A model generated the notes under the pieces. The model saw nothing but the letters and a program-made list of their open reading frames with translations, had not been told where the DNA came from and did no database searches. Below are positions 34,404 through 45,556 of a stretch of DNA of 64,000 nt, piece by piece (positions within the stretch are counted from its first letter, which is position 1; the number at the start of each line of letters is the position of its first letter). This DNA is from Oopsacas minuta (lineage: Eukaryota > Animalia > Porifera). A program made the position numbers and the translations under genes. The stretch covers positions 310,001 through 374,000 of the forward strand of contig JAKMXF010000255.1 in NCBI GenBank assembly GCA_024704765.1, written 5' to 3'.

Positions 34404-37400
34404 TCAATCGCTGATGTCACTAGAATCCTCTTGTATATCTCCCAGCTCCTCACCCAGATGGAATACTTCCACATTATCTACAAGATCCAATTCACAATTT
34501 AACCCAATCAAATCAGCCTTCACTTGTTCAACTTTAGCAGGATTAGCTACTACAGCACTACGTGTTATACTATTATCAAATATCAATGGTAGATACTTAT
34601 TAGCAGCTGATTCAATATCACTGAGTGTAAGTTCAGAAATTTGCTTCAGACATACTGCAGAATCAGTACAACCAGGCAGTAGCTCTGCATCCCATGCATT
34701 ATTTGCCATACATGCAAATGTACTCAGACTAGCTACATAATCATATACTTTTGTGTTTTTACCAGCAAGGAACTCTTCTTGTGTTATTTTACGTTCTCCT
34801 GTTGCATACCCCATTATGATATCTCTGGTAACTTTATAAGCTTCTGCTAGCTGTGCTGAGCGTTGTAGTGTGAGGTATATGTAACCTGTTATACGACTGT
34901 AGAACAGTCCATAGCTATACGAGAGACCTGATCCTCTAATCTCGCACCAGAGGGGACCCTCAAGCATAGAGAGACATGAGAACAACACGTCTAATGCACA
35001 TACAGCCATAGACCCCTCCTCGAGGTCTACCATTGTTTCCTGTAGAAAGAAACTACTATCAATACCTGCTACTCCTGCTATAAGACCCAACGTTTTTGAG
35101 GGAGGGGATAGTCTATATTCCTTGAGAGTTGTAATTACAGGACGTTCAATTTTATAGGATGAATCAAGTGTGTTTAATTCCTCCTTGAAGATGTTATTAA
35201 ATGTTGCGAGAGGATTAGATTTCAAACGTAGGAAATTAGTGAAGATATTAATAGATGTGTTTTTGATTTGAAACAGAGAATTTCTGATTCTATCAATTTC
35301 AACGAGAACCTTGTCAGAATCTTCATCTAGCTTTTTCAATAGTCCACTCAAGAATTTCTTTTGTTGAAGAGAGTTGCCAGCATTATGAAGTATATCATGT
35401 GAGTATAACAGAGTATTAAGTAGCTCTCTCATGACCTTAGAACCTGATCTATTGAAATCAGGGATAGAACTCAACATTCTCTTAATCAGGACTCTAGTAC
35501 GAGCTTCGGTCAGCTGTGTTTTGTAGCATAACTCATGTACCCATTGAACACCTAGCTCAAAATCTGCAATCGGTAAATTGACCTTTAATAATATACAATT
35601 TACAGCACTGCTGTATTTAAAACGTGAGCTATAACTAGTACCAATACCAAAGTTGTATTCAACTAGATCTTCATTGAGTTGTTGTGTTACCTGCTCATAG
35701 GGAATTACTATACCATTTCGTAAGATAGGAGATTCTAATAGAAGTTCTATCATTAGAGGAAGGTATAGGTTATCTTGTAGAGACAAGCTGGCAGAATCGA
35801 ACAGAAATTCTATAGAACAGAATTGAGACTTGACATGTGATACAATTATAGGAAGTTTGAAATCATTTATCTTTATATCAACAGGGAAATCTGACTGTTT
35901 TGTAGATAGTTTCTTTGAAGGAAAGTTCTGAGTAGTTATACATGTGTGCATAGATATCTTACTAGGATCAGGGGTGGGTAGTGATTTTAAGAATTCTGAA
36001 GGGACTTCTGCTTCGTGTTCAAGCTTAGCCTTTTCTAACTCAGTCTCTTTCAATTTGAGACCGTCTTCTCCAAGTTGAGCTTGTTGTAGCTCAATTCTAT
36101 CTTTCTCTTCTTTCTCAGTTTTCTTAGCATACTCTTTGCTCGGTACAGCCACACACGATACATGTGGACCATCATTGAAATATTTATTAAGAAGTCCTAG
36201 CCAATATTCAACAGGTTCTTTCTCCAATTTATCATAGTTATTCAAAACATCCAAATCTTTCAATAACAATTTCTTATCATAGTAATACAATGAATCTACA
36301 ATACAAGGCCCACAGAGAAGTCCATGAGCATTCTCTTCGAGTGAATATATATGTGCTTTTTTCTGCTGACGGACAATTCCATATAATCTCTCTAAATTAA
36401 ATAATTTACCCTCTGTAGAGTTCTCACCCAACTGTTTCAATAAACAGTAACACTCGTGAGGCAACAATTCTAATTTTGCATTAGGAACAGATGTAAAGTT
36501 GAATGAAAACATAGATAGTGTTTGTAGACAGTAGTAGAATGATACATTATTAGCAAATGGATCTGTACAATCTATCATGAACATTTGTAGGGGAGCAGCT
36601 GATGTGGAAGTGAGATAGTCACCTGTAAGAACATGTAGCTAAGAATAACATACAGTAGAGCGACGACTAAAATATCGTACATATTATTACCTAATATTTC
36701 TAGAGCTAGAAGTTCATACAGATTATGACCTTCACAAATATTAAAGGCTATCCTAGCCATACCAGTACTTTCATCATCAGCTCCAAACTCAATACGAACA
36801 TCTTTACTCTGTTCTAGAATAGGAACAGGACTGGACCATGGAAGAGGATCAATTGGAGGAGGGAGAGGTCCATTAGCTAGCACATTATCTTCAAACTTAA
36901 ATAGAACATCTAACAACTCATCTCTTGGAATAGTACCACATACAATTAGGTATAGGTTAGAAGGTATATAGTATTTTTTATGATATTCGCGAACCTATAA
37001 TGAGAGCATACAATACATTGTGATAATGTTTGATATTATCGCTATTTGAAAAGTACCTTCAAATTAGAACAAGAACTTCTAATCTCATCTAGTCTACCTC
37101 CTGTACAACTCTTATAACCACACTTCCCAGGATACATATGGTTACAGAGTTCAAAGTCTATCATACGTGCTGGCTTAGATTGAGAGTCTTGCATTTCACA
37201 ATACACAACTCCAGCATTCTCACCTTTCCCATTAATATGATGTACTTCAGTAGTGTATGCAGCGTCAGTTAGTGTGGGATAGAGAATATGATGTAGATAT
37301 ATTGGTAGGACAGAGAGGAAACCTTCATGACCAGCTGTTACTAGTGTGTAACATGTATGATCTACATCTGTGTAAGCATTGGTTCCTTCTGATAAGCATC

Positions 37401-37958
37401 TACATAGAGCAGATAATATATTATAATCACAGCAATATACACGGTGCAACATTGTTGCCGGGAAAATAGAAAAATTTCCTATTCACATGCAACTCTTAAC
37501 CTTCATGGTATAACAGTATGTTGCATGCACTAAAAAGCATTGGGAATTTTGAAGGCAACTTTGCTGCCTCCAATTGTTGTACCATATATGTTAAGAGTGG
37601 GAAATAACAATTTGATATGATAGTAAAATAATACATTAATATAATACAAATAAAATGAGGATTTTCACCTGTTAGCTACTTTATCCAATACTCCCTTATA
37701 TGGGTATTCATGTGATCCCATAAATACCAAATGCTCTAAGGTGTGTGGTAGGCCATCATGATCATGTGTCTCTGTAGCAAGAGCAAAGTACCCCTTCACT
37801 AGAGGTCCAGACACATCACAATGATACACACGAATACCAGTACGAGTCAGTATTAATTTAGAAACTTTATAAGCTTCTTTCTCAATTTCCTCTACCATTT
37901 CATATTTTGACGGTGTGTTGTTAGAGGCAGAGATATCTGTATTAACAGTATCTGCCAT
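34404..37958 (-). CDS. M16 (insulinase-family) zinc metallopeptidase, C05D11.1/M16C-like; exons 37958-37669, 37399-37057, 36994-36691, 36622-34404
   Basis: Inverted Zn motif GLPHTLEHLVFMGS, NAYTDVDHTCY, GVVYCEMQ, LWCEIRGSGLSYSY. Confidence 0.88.
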
Positions 37959-38121
37959 CTAGTAGTATATCTGTTAAGAATACCATTGCAAGAATAAAAT
38001 ACAATTAGAAGGGAGAAACAGAACTATAAGTTAAAACATTATTTAAGATATAATTCAAATTTTAAGTAGTGTTAAATATTGCAATAATCCAGAAAGATAA
38101 GTGAAATGCGTATACGCTGTA

Positions 38122-38370
38122 CTATTCAGTGGGTGTATCAATAGGTAATAATGTCTGCACATGATTCATGAGGTCCTGATTACTTCCTTGTTCTAGAAAT
38201 TCTGCTTCCATACGAGAACGGACTTTACAAAAACTCAAAACATGAGCTAGGAACAAGAGACGCTCACATATAACAGGATTCTGAAATTTCAGTTTGTGCT
38301 TTCCGGAGAGAATACGTAAGTTGTCTGAGTTGTAGAGGGGTTTTCTCTTTGATTTTATTTTCGGTGCCAT
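38122..38370 (-). CDS. Small basic 82-aa protein, possibly a CENP-W-like histone fold
   Basis: ATG in an A-rich context; basic N-terminus (KIKSKRKP), hydrophobic central helix (ERLLFLAHVL) and a terminal NHV; the resemblance is by eye only. Confidence 0.4.
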   Translation of the reverse strand: MAPKIKSKRKPLYNSDNLRILSGKHKLKFQNPVICERLLFLAHVLSFCKVRSRMEAEFLEQGSNQDLMNHVQTLLPIDTPTE

Positions 38371-38431
38371 TTTTGTAATATATTTGTGTAATACAATAAT
38401 AAACAAATAGTCTAATTTCAATTGATATTTC

Positions 38432-38501
38432 TTTGAATATTCCTTATCTTGAGTATGAACTCCAGTATAATGAGTTCATACTCAGGATAAGGAATATCAA
38501 A
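38432..38501. repeat. Near-perfect inverted repeat (26-bp core stem with one mismatch, 9-nt loop)
   Basis: ATATTCCTTATCTTGAGTATGAACTC-cagtataat-GAGTTCATACTCAGGATAAGGAATAT. Confidence 0.9.
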
Positions 38502-38776
38502 TTTGATGAACTCAGCCCCAAAAACCGGACTTGAAAACGTACAATATTCGCAAGTTTTTTCAGGGACTTAGATTCCATTTTGTATTGGAAAAATTCTTCT
38601 AATAGTTCACGTATTAGCAAAGGAAATTCGTGTAAAATACTCTTGCTAATAGGCGATCTCCACGGTATAATTCATCAAAATCAACATATATAAATGCAAT
38701 GGATAACTACAATAGCGATAAAATAACAACAAACAAAATTCCAATAAATACAAATCCTATCTACTGACAGTTGATA

Positions 38777-39466
38777 TTACGACTTAACAACAAACTTATT
38801 AACACAACTACGTAGTAATTCTATAACAACTTTAGGATCATCAGCCTTAACAACAGCAGTACCAGCTACTATAAGATTAGCTCCTGAAGCAGCAGCTATC
38901 TCTATCGTATCTTTATTAATCCCACCATCTACCTCTATATTTAATGCTTTATTACTCTTACGCAGCTGTTCTATTTTAGGCATCATTTTATGTATAAAGC
39001 TCTGTCCACCAAATCCTGGATACACTGTCATGATTAGTATCAGATCTACTTGTTCAAGAAAGGGGAGTACTTTATCTATAGGAGTATCAGGCGATACACC
39101 TATACCTACTTCCATGCCCTTAGCTCTTATGAGTTTTATCAATTCTACCGGGTTCTTAGCAGCTTCTATATGGAATACATAACTATTAGCTCCAGCATCA
39201 CACATGTCATCTACCCATTTCTCAGGCTCTGATACCATCATGTGCATATCAAAGTATACATTAGGTAGTCTAGAACGTAAACATTTCACTACAGGAGCCC
39301 CGAAGGTTAGATTAGGTACAAAGTGTCCATCCATAACATCTAGATGTAAGTAGTCAGCTCCAGCTGCTACTAATTTCTCACATTCTTGAGCTAGACAGGA
39401 GAGATCTGAGTTCAAGATAGAGGGTCCTATTTGACAACTGGCACACCCTGATGACTTCAATGCCAT
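38777..39466 (-). CDS. RPE: Ribulose-phosphate 3-epimerase, intronless
   Basis: IGPSIL, LHLDVMDGHFVPNLTFG, DMHMMV, MTVYPGFGGQ, EVDGGI. Confidence 0.97.
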   Translation of the reverse strand: MALKSSGCASCQIGPSILNSDLSCLAQECEKLVAAGADYLHLDVMDGHFVPNLTFGAPVVKCLRSRLPNVYFDMHMMVSEPEKWVDDMCDAGANSYVFHIEAAKNPVELIKLIRAKGMEVGIGVSPDTPIDKVLPFLEQVDLILIMTVYPGFGGQSFIHKMMPKIEQLRKSNKALNIEVDGGINKDTIEIAAASGANLIVAGTAVVKADDPKVVIELLRSCVNKFVVKS

Positions 39467-39535
39467 TTCTATATTGTAGCAGGTAGCTAGCAACCTAGTA
39501 CACATATTATTATATTCCCTAACTGCGTATGAAGG

Positions 39536-39685
39536 TACAGTCCACTCCCGTTATATCGAACACGGTTATATCGAAGTCTTGCACAAATATGGCCCCAAAC
39601 CGCCAAAAATAGAATAAATCTCATCGGTGATGTTATATCGAAGTAATTATCGCGCTTGCATGTGCTCGATATAACATGCATTGTA
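39536..39685. mobile_element. MITE family A, reverse orientation, RPE-SDF2 spacer
   Basis: TACAGTCCACTCCCGTTATATCGAAC left TIR; degenerate right end. Confidence 0.7.
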
Positions 39686-39781
39686 TTGACTAAATCAAGT
39701 AAATCAATTCAATTCCCTAGATAACTAAAACAGCGTATAAACAGAATCAAATTCCTACAAATAATAATTATCTAATATAAA

Positions 39782-40429
39782 CTATAAATCATCATGGATA
39801 TGAAATTCTGACTCTTCATCATATGTTATCATCACTCCCTCTTCTACACTCCATTGGTTGTCCTTCTGTTTCTTGGCGTATCCACACACCTCCTTCTGTC
39901 CTGCTATAGGTCTACCGTACGTATCCCCAGGTACATGAAGATACATTTCAGTCAAGGCGTGTTTGAGTCTGATCTTATCTTTCTTCTTCCAGAATTTTCC
40001 AGAACATTCTAGAATCCAGTAGTCACCATTATCTCCTTCACTATTCTCTCCGAAGCAACTGACTTCCTGATTATGACTGAGTGGAGACGTAAAGTAGTGA
40101 CTATGTAGAAATAGCTTAGTAGCACTGTGCTGTAGTACTACCTTCTCACCACAGGATAAACGGGATCCTCTGATACACTGTTTATCATGAGGAGCTCTCA
40201 GGATCCAGTAGCTGTTGACGTCATCCATAGCACTGATAGCTGTAACAGTTTGTTGTCCACTGCCACTACCGCCACCGTATTTAACTTCGTGTGAATGAAG
40301 TCTTACGTTATGTCCGTAGTTGAGCAGCTTTATGAGAGAGCCACACGTCACGAAACTATCAGCTGACAAACTCAGCTTTATTTGTGTGAATATTAAGCAA
40401 AGCAAAATGAAGTATATGCTAAGCCTCAT
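39782..40429 (-). CDS. SDF2: Stromal cell-derived factor 2 / SDF2L1-like MIR-domain ER protein
   Basis: Signal peptide, VTCGSLIKL, RLHSHEVKYGGGSGSGQQTVT, LHSHYFTSPLSHNQEVSCFG, C-terminal HDDL. Confidence 0.93.
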   Translation of the reverse strand: MRLSIYFILLCLIFTQIKLSLSADSFVTCGSLIKLLNYGHNVRLHSHEVKYGGGSGSGQQTVTAISAMDDVNSYWILRAPHDKQCIRGSRLSCGEKVVLQHSATKLFLHSHYFTSPLSHNQEVSCFGENSEGDNGDYWILECSGKFWKKKDKIRLKHALTEMYLHVPGDTYGRPIAGQKEVCGYAKKQKDNQWSVEEGVMITYDEESEFHIHDDL

Positions 40430-40734
40430 TCTTTGAGTTATACTGTAAGTCAAGTAGCTGGAATTTAGATGTGAATTAACTTGGAAAGGGGCTAGTATGT
40501 AGAATCAAGTAAAGTGAAAAGATTACGAATTATTGAAACTTTCGTACATAGAAATATGTTATTCTGATTTTGGATACAGTAAAATTTTCGTGGTCAACTA
40601 ATATATAATTTGAATAATGTATCCTTTACCACACTATTCAATGGATGAGTTAAATTGAAATATTCTAAAATATCTTTTTCAACATAATGACATCAGCAAC
40701 TTATACTTGATTGATTTTTACCAAATTTAGAAAT

Positions 40735-42990
40735 CTAAGAATCCCATCTCTTCTTCTTCTTAGGAGGAGGTTTGATGAATGTTTCGTTGTTTAGTGTTGT
40801 TTCTCTACTAGGAGGTATGTTTGATTCCTGTTTTGATTCTAAATCGAATCTAGATTTTCTCTGTGGAGGTTTATCTGTATTATTAGGAATAGTAGTTGTA
40901 TTATGTTTTATTGTAGAAGTAGAAGCTAGATCTGATCCAGCAGATGCCTTAATAAACTTAGTCTTGTATTGTGCTTGGTACATTTCCATTCTACTGGTGA
41001 GAGGACCGCTTGGTTTATCAGGTGGGGTAGGAGTAAAATCAGTATCAGTAGACCCCAGTCCAGGACGTACCCTCTTCCTATCTTGCATTTTCTTACCTTT
41101 CCCATACCCCCATACACGCCTACTTTTCCTGAATTTAGAGATTTGCATAGCTAGCTGCATCAAGGGAGGAGGAACATCTTGGTTAACCCCCTCTAGATTC
41201 CTGACTAGACCCCCAGCAAATACCTTATCCTTCCCAGTTATCAGGGTGTACGCATCTCCCTTTTCACCAGCTCTACCTGTACGACCTATCCTGTGTGTAT
41301 GAGTATCAATAGTTTTAGCTACGTCATAATTAATTACAGTTCTAACATGTGGTATGTCAAGACCACGAGAAGCTACATCAGTAGCGACTAGTAACGGCTC
41401 TTCTTTCCTCTTAAACTTTCCAATAACTCCATCCCTTGATCCCTGGTCCATATCACCGTGTAGTAGTAGAGCAGTGATGTCACGAGTTTTGAGTTTACTA
41501 ACCAATATCTCAGAATCTGCCTTCTTTGTTACAAACACAATTACACTGCCAATAGAACATAGACTGATAATTTGTTTAGTTAACCAGCTCCACTTGTCTT
41601 CATCTCTCTCTAACATAATCACATGCTGAGTAACATCCTCATTGGCTTCTCCTCCCACACCAACACATATACGTATAGGATCTGTGAGTGCTTCTCTTGC
41701 CAGGGCTTCAACACGTTTGCGGAAAGTAGCGCTGAACATTAGAGCTTGTCTGTCTGGACGTATATTGAATACAATGCTTCTAACCTGGCCCTCAAATCCC
41801 ATATCAAACATCCGATCTGCTTCATCTACAACTAGAAATGTAGTTCTTAAAAGATTTGTGCATTTAGACTTTACAAAATCAATCATTCTTCCTGGTGTAG
41901 CTATCACTATTTCCGGTGCCTGCTTCAGGGCCTTAGTCTGTTCCCATCTACTCACACCCCCGTATATAGGACAACAGCTGATATTATAAGGCTTACAGAA
42001 CTTCTTAGTCTCATGATAGATCTGCTGACATAGCTCACGAGTAGGTGCTAGAATTAAACCAATAGGACCATCTCCTTCCTTCATCTCTTCCTGATCCAAT
42101 ACGTGCACAATAAGAGGTATCACATAACCTAGTGTCTTACCAGATCCAGTCTGTGCTATGCCTATAAGGTCACGTCCCTCTAGAGCAGCAGGTAACGCCT
42201 GCATCTGTATAGGGGTAGGCTGTGAGTACTGACTCTTAGTTAGAACAGAGGTCAGCTCATCACTAAGACCCAGATACCCGAATGAAATACAGGGGTGACA
42301 CGGTTTGGCGCCAGAAACTCTAAGTCCGTAGCACTCTCTAAGTGCATATACTTCCTTATTAGTGAGATTAGTGACGTCATCGTGTATCTGATAGAAATTC
42401 TTCTCAAATGGTTTGTAGTCTATATCCTCATGATTAACTCTAGGCAGAGGTTCTACCAGTTTAGGTTTCTCAGGAGTAATAGGAAATCCGTCGGAATCAT
42501 AATCAATCTCTTCATCATCTGAACATACAGGAGGTAGTCTGCTAGCTTGTTCCTCTAGAAATTGGAAGTATGTCTCTTGGTCGTCAGCTTGTTCTATGTC
42601 TTCGCGTACTGCTTTGTGTGATTTGCTGCTGTTCTCTACTCCAGCTTGTTTTGTTACCTGATCCTGTATTGAAGTCATGAATGCATCCAGAGGATCTTCC
42701 TCTTGACTGTCATCTGATCGCTTTTCCGATTTTTCACCCTCTCCTCCTGGTTCAGAATCACTGCTAGAGTGATTGAAGTATTCTTCTTCTGTTTGAAAAC
42801 GAGGCTGTTTCCCTGGCATAGGAGTAGTAGGGTGTACATATGTAGTAGTGTTCCTATCTCGTGTGTACTGTGGAGGAGGGGGATACTTCCTCTTACCGGT
42901 ATCAGAGAGAGGATTTGAACACAATTTGCTTTCTTTAGCAGAAGGGAAAGAGAATCCTGAAAACCCCATACCACGTCGTGCACCAGACAT
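40735..42990 (-). CDS. DDX42: DEAD-box helicase DDX42, intronless
   Basis: EDPLDAFM, AQTGSGKT, PTREL, DEADRMFDMGF, SATF, HRIGRTGRAG; C-terminal KKKRWD. Confidence 0.92.
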   Translation of the reverse strand: MSGARRGMGFSGFSFPSAKESKLCSNPLSDTGKRKYPPPPQYTRDRNTTTYVHPTTPMPGKQPRFQTEEEYFNHSSSDSEPGGEGEKSEKRSDDSQEEDPLDAFMTSIQDQVTKQAGVENSSKSHKAVREDIEQADDQETYFQFLEEQASRLPPVCSDDEEIDYDSDGFPITPEKPKLVEPLPRVNHEDIDYKPFEKNFYQIHDDVTNLTNKEVYALRECYGLRVSGAKPCHPCISFGYLGLSDELTSVLTKSQYSQPTPIQMQALPAALEGRDLIGIAQTGSGKTLGYVIPLIVHVLDQEEMKEGDGPIGLILAPTRELCQQIYHETKKFCKPYNISCCPIYGGVSRWEQTKALKQAPEIVIATPGRMIDFVKSKCTNLLRTTFLVVDEADRMFDMGFEGQVRSIVFNIRPDRQALMFSATFRKRVEALAREALTDPIRICVGVGGEANEDVTQHVIMLERDEDKWSWLTKQIISLCSIGSVIVFVTKKADSEILVSKLKTRDITALLLHGDMDQGSRDGVIGKFKRKEEPLLVATDVASRGLDIPHVRTVINYDVAKTIDTHTHRIGRTGRAGEKGDAYTLITGKDKVFAGGLVRNLEGVNQDVPPPLMQLAMQISKFRKSRRVWGYGKGKKMQDRKRVRPGLGSTDTDFTPTPPDKPSGPLTSRMEMYQAQYKTKFIKASAGSDLASTSTIKHNTTTIPNNTDKPPQRKSRFDLESKQESNIPPSRETTLNNETFIKPPPKKKKRWDS

Positions 42991-43305
42991 TAATAATATT
43001 TCTAGAATTAATATTACAAAATAGACGTATAAATATATTTCTGTATTACCGCATTAGTTACAGTAAATAGCCGATACGGGAACATTTCTCTAAATATTCA
43101 AAAAGATCACACACTTAACTACATCTTTACAACTTTGATAATGCCAACAACAGAAAGAATATTTTCAGATATAGCCATGTAAAATGGTTGAGCCACAAAA
43201 ATTGTGATAATTAATTAGATTTGTGGTAAAAGTACAGAGTAGTCCATTGATGAAAAGCATTACTAAAATCAACTAGAAGCAATATTGAATATAGTATAAT
43301 ATATA

Positions 43306-45196
43306 TCATGAAGTTTCTTGATGGGGTAAGTCCTGCTTAGCAGCAGTTAAACCAGTTTGGAATGCAGGATTAATAGGTGCAGGTATGAAGGAATCATGTG
43401 ATGCTACTAATTCTTTGACAATTTCAAAATTATTAGGACCAGCTTGTTTCCAAATAGTTACCCGTCTCTCATTGGTAGAAGCTATCAACATGTCTCCTGT
43501 AATGTTCCAATGTACTCTCCATACTTCTACTACTTGTTTGTCAACCTCACGTAAGGGGATATGTTGGAAAGTATAATGAAAATCTAAAATAAATTAGAAA
43601 TTTGTAAAGAGTTGATCTAGAGACTGATGAACTATAGACTAGGTATTACTAAAGGAAAAAGATCAATCTGTATTCATAAGAGAAATGTACAGAGGAACCT
43701 CAACACACGGAGTGCCAGTGACGCCGAAATATGCCATCCTATTTTCCCGATTATGAAGGTTCATTTAATGGGACAAAAAAATTATCACTCGTTTCCACAG
43801 ACCCCTTTGTGGAGGTTTCACGGTACACTTAATTACCAGATTCCGCAGAACTGCTATTTTCAAGAGGCTTAATCTTGACAACATAGAGTCCTATACCTCC
43901 TACAGCTAGAGAATGGTAGCTACGTCCCATCCAGTTAGCGAAACTAATATCGTTAACTTTACGGAACACATTCTCAGTCTGTTCATCTAATATAGATCTC
44001 CATTTATTGCTGGGTCTAAGAAGTATTACAGAACTAACTACAGATTATATTTATCCAAATAATGCTCTTATCATCAATGTATAGTAAATAGGAGACAAAG
44101 TTAAATAGCAGAATATTCAAGTGAAATATTAAAGTATTAAAGATTATTGTAGTAAATTAATGGTCAAATATGTGGAACGGCATTATTCTATTAAGGAAAT
44201 TCAGATGATAAATAGAGTTTTCTCTTTGTATTCCGAGCATATGCAACGGCAAATTTTTATTGAATTCCCTGAAATTGTTAGCTGTAATTACAGTTCTCCA
44301 AAAGGGATTATCATTTGTACCAAATTCATTATATGAAATCAAAGAATATTTGGATAAAGTCTTAAAGAAGTACATCAGCCAGTATGTACTACAGACGTCT
44401 TATCTGAGTTATATTGTACAACATAGATAAGAAACTAACACGTGTAGCTGATATATTCCGATGTGTTTAGCTGCAGCATTTGGGTCATCTGATCCTACAG
44501 CCAGGAGCATATGGAATAGACTAGACTGAGACCAGCAGATAGAGGAAGCTCCATTTAAACTCTGAAACTCATGAGATAGAGTCCAGTCATTCAATCGCAT
44601 AATATCCTTAGCTTCATATATACGTACATACCCATTATAAGAACATGATGCAAACTTTAAGCCATAATAATGTGGAGCAAATCTGACGTCACTCACACTT
44701 GATTGACTGTCAAGTCGTGTTATCTCTTTATCCCATTGAAGAGTATGCTTTCCTAAACAAAGATTAACTTAAACATCCAAACGTGTTAAATTTCGCGTTT
44801 GCCACCTGCAGAATCAATTCTAGTATTCTCCTGCCATATGCTGACACAACAGTCAAATGAACAGGTTACCAGCAGTTGTCCAAACTGTGGGTGTGCCCAG
44901 TCAATCCTCCAGATAGGACCCTTGTGTGCTGGGAATTTAGTAGTACACTCCCACTGACCATCAGCCTTTGTGTCCCAAACACAGACATGTTGATCAGCTG
45001 AACATGTCGCTAATCTCTGACCTGTTAAATATTTTATAAATCTCCCAAAGTGCATGTAACAGTTGGTTATTCAAATATGTAACTAACCACTAAAGTCAAA
45101 AGTAGCGTCGTGTATGGTATCTACATGAGATGTTGGGATAACTGTCTTTGTAGTACCAGACTTTTTAGGTTCTAAAATCGGGGTTTCCTCTGCCAT
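43306..45196 (-). CDS. SEH1L: Nucleoporin/GATOR2 subunit SEH1; exons approximately 45196-45088, 45021-44806, 44752-44440, 44015-43837, 43583-43306
   Basis: GQRLATCSADQHVCVWD, WAHPQFGQLL, DVRFAPHYYGLKFASCS, VWRVHWNITGDML WD40 pattern. Confidence 0.88.
43688..43825. mobile_element. MITE family B, SEH1L intron
   Basis: TACAGAGGAACCTC ... GGAGGTTTCACGGTA. Confidence 0.6.
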
Positions 45197-45556
45197 ACTA
45201 ATCAATACACAATAATGATAATATATGTAAATGTAAATACAGTAAATAACTCATATTATAACCAAGTAGGATATAACGAAACTCCCATTATAAATAAGTG
45301 ATACTATATCCCCTATAGCTAGAAAATAAGAGATTTTACTCAGCTTAGAACGAATTAAACCAAGGAATTCTTATTACGAAAGTTTCCTTGTAAATGCAAA
45401 CTGTATAATTAAACGCGAATAAATAAAGCTTCTGCATATGTTATTCAATTCAACAACAGGGCCGAACTTCGAAAGGAAAAAGTAAAACTTCGAAGGGAAA
45501 AGTCTTCTCGGCTAGGCCCAATCAAACTAATCAAACAAAATTGAAAATAAACATAA

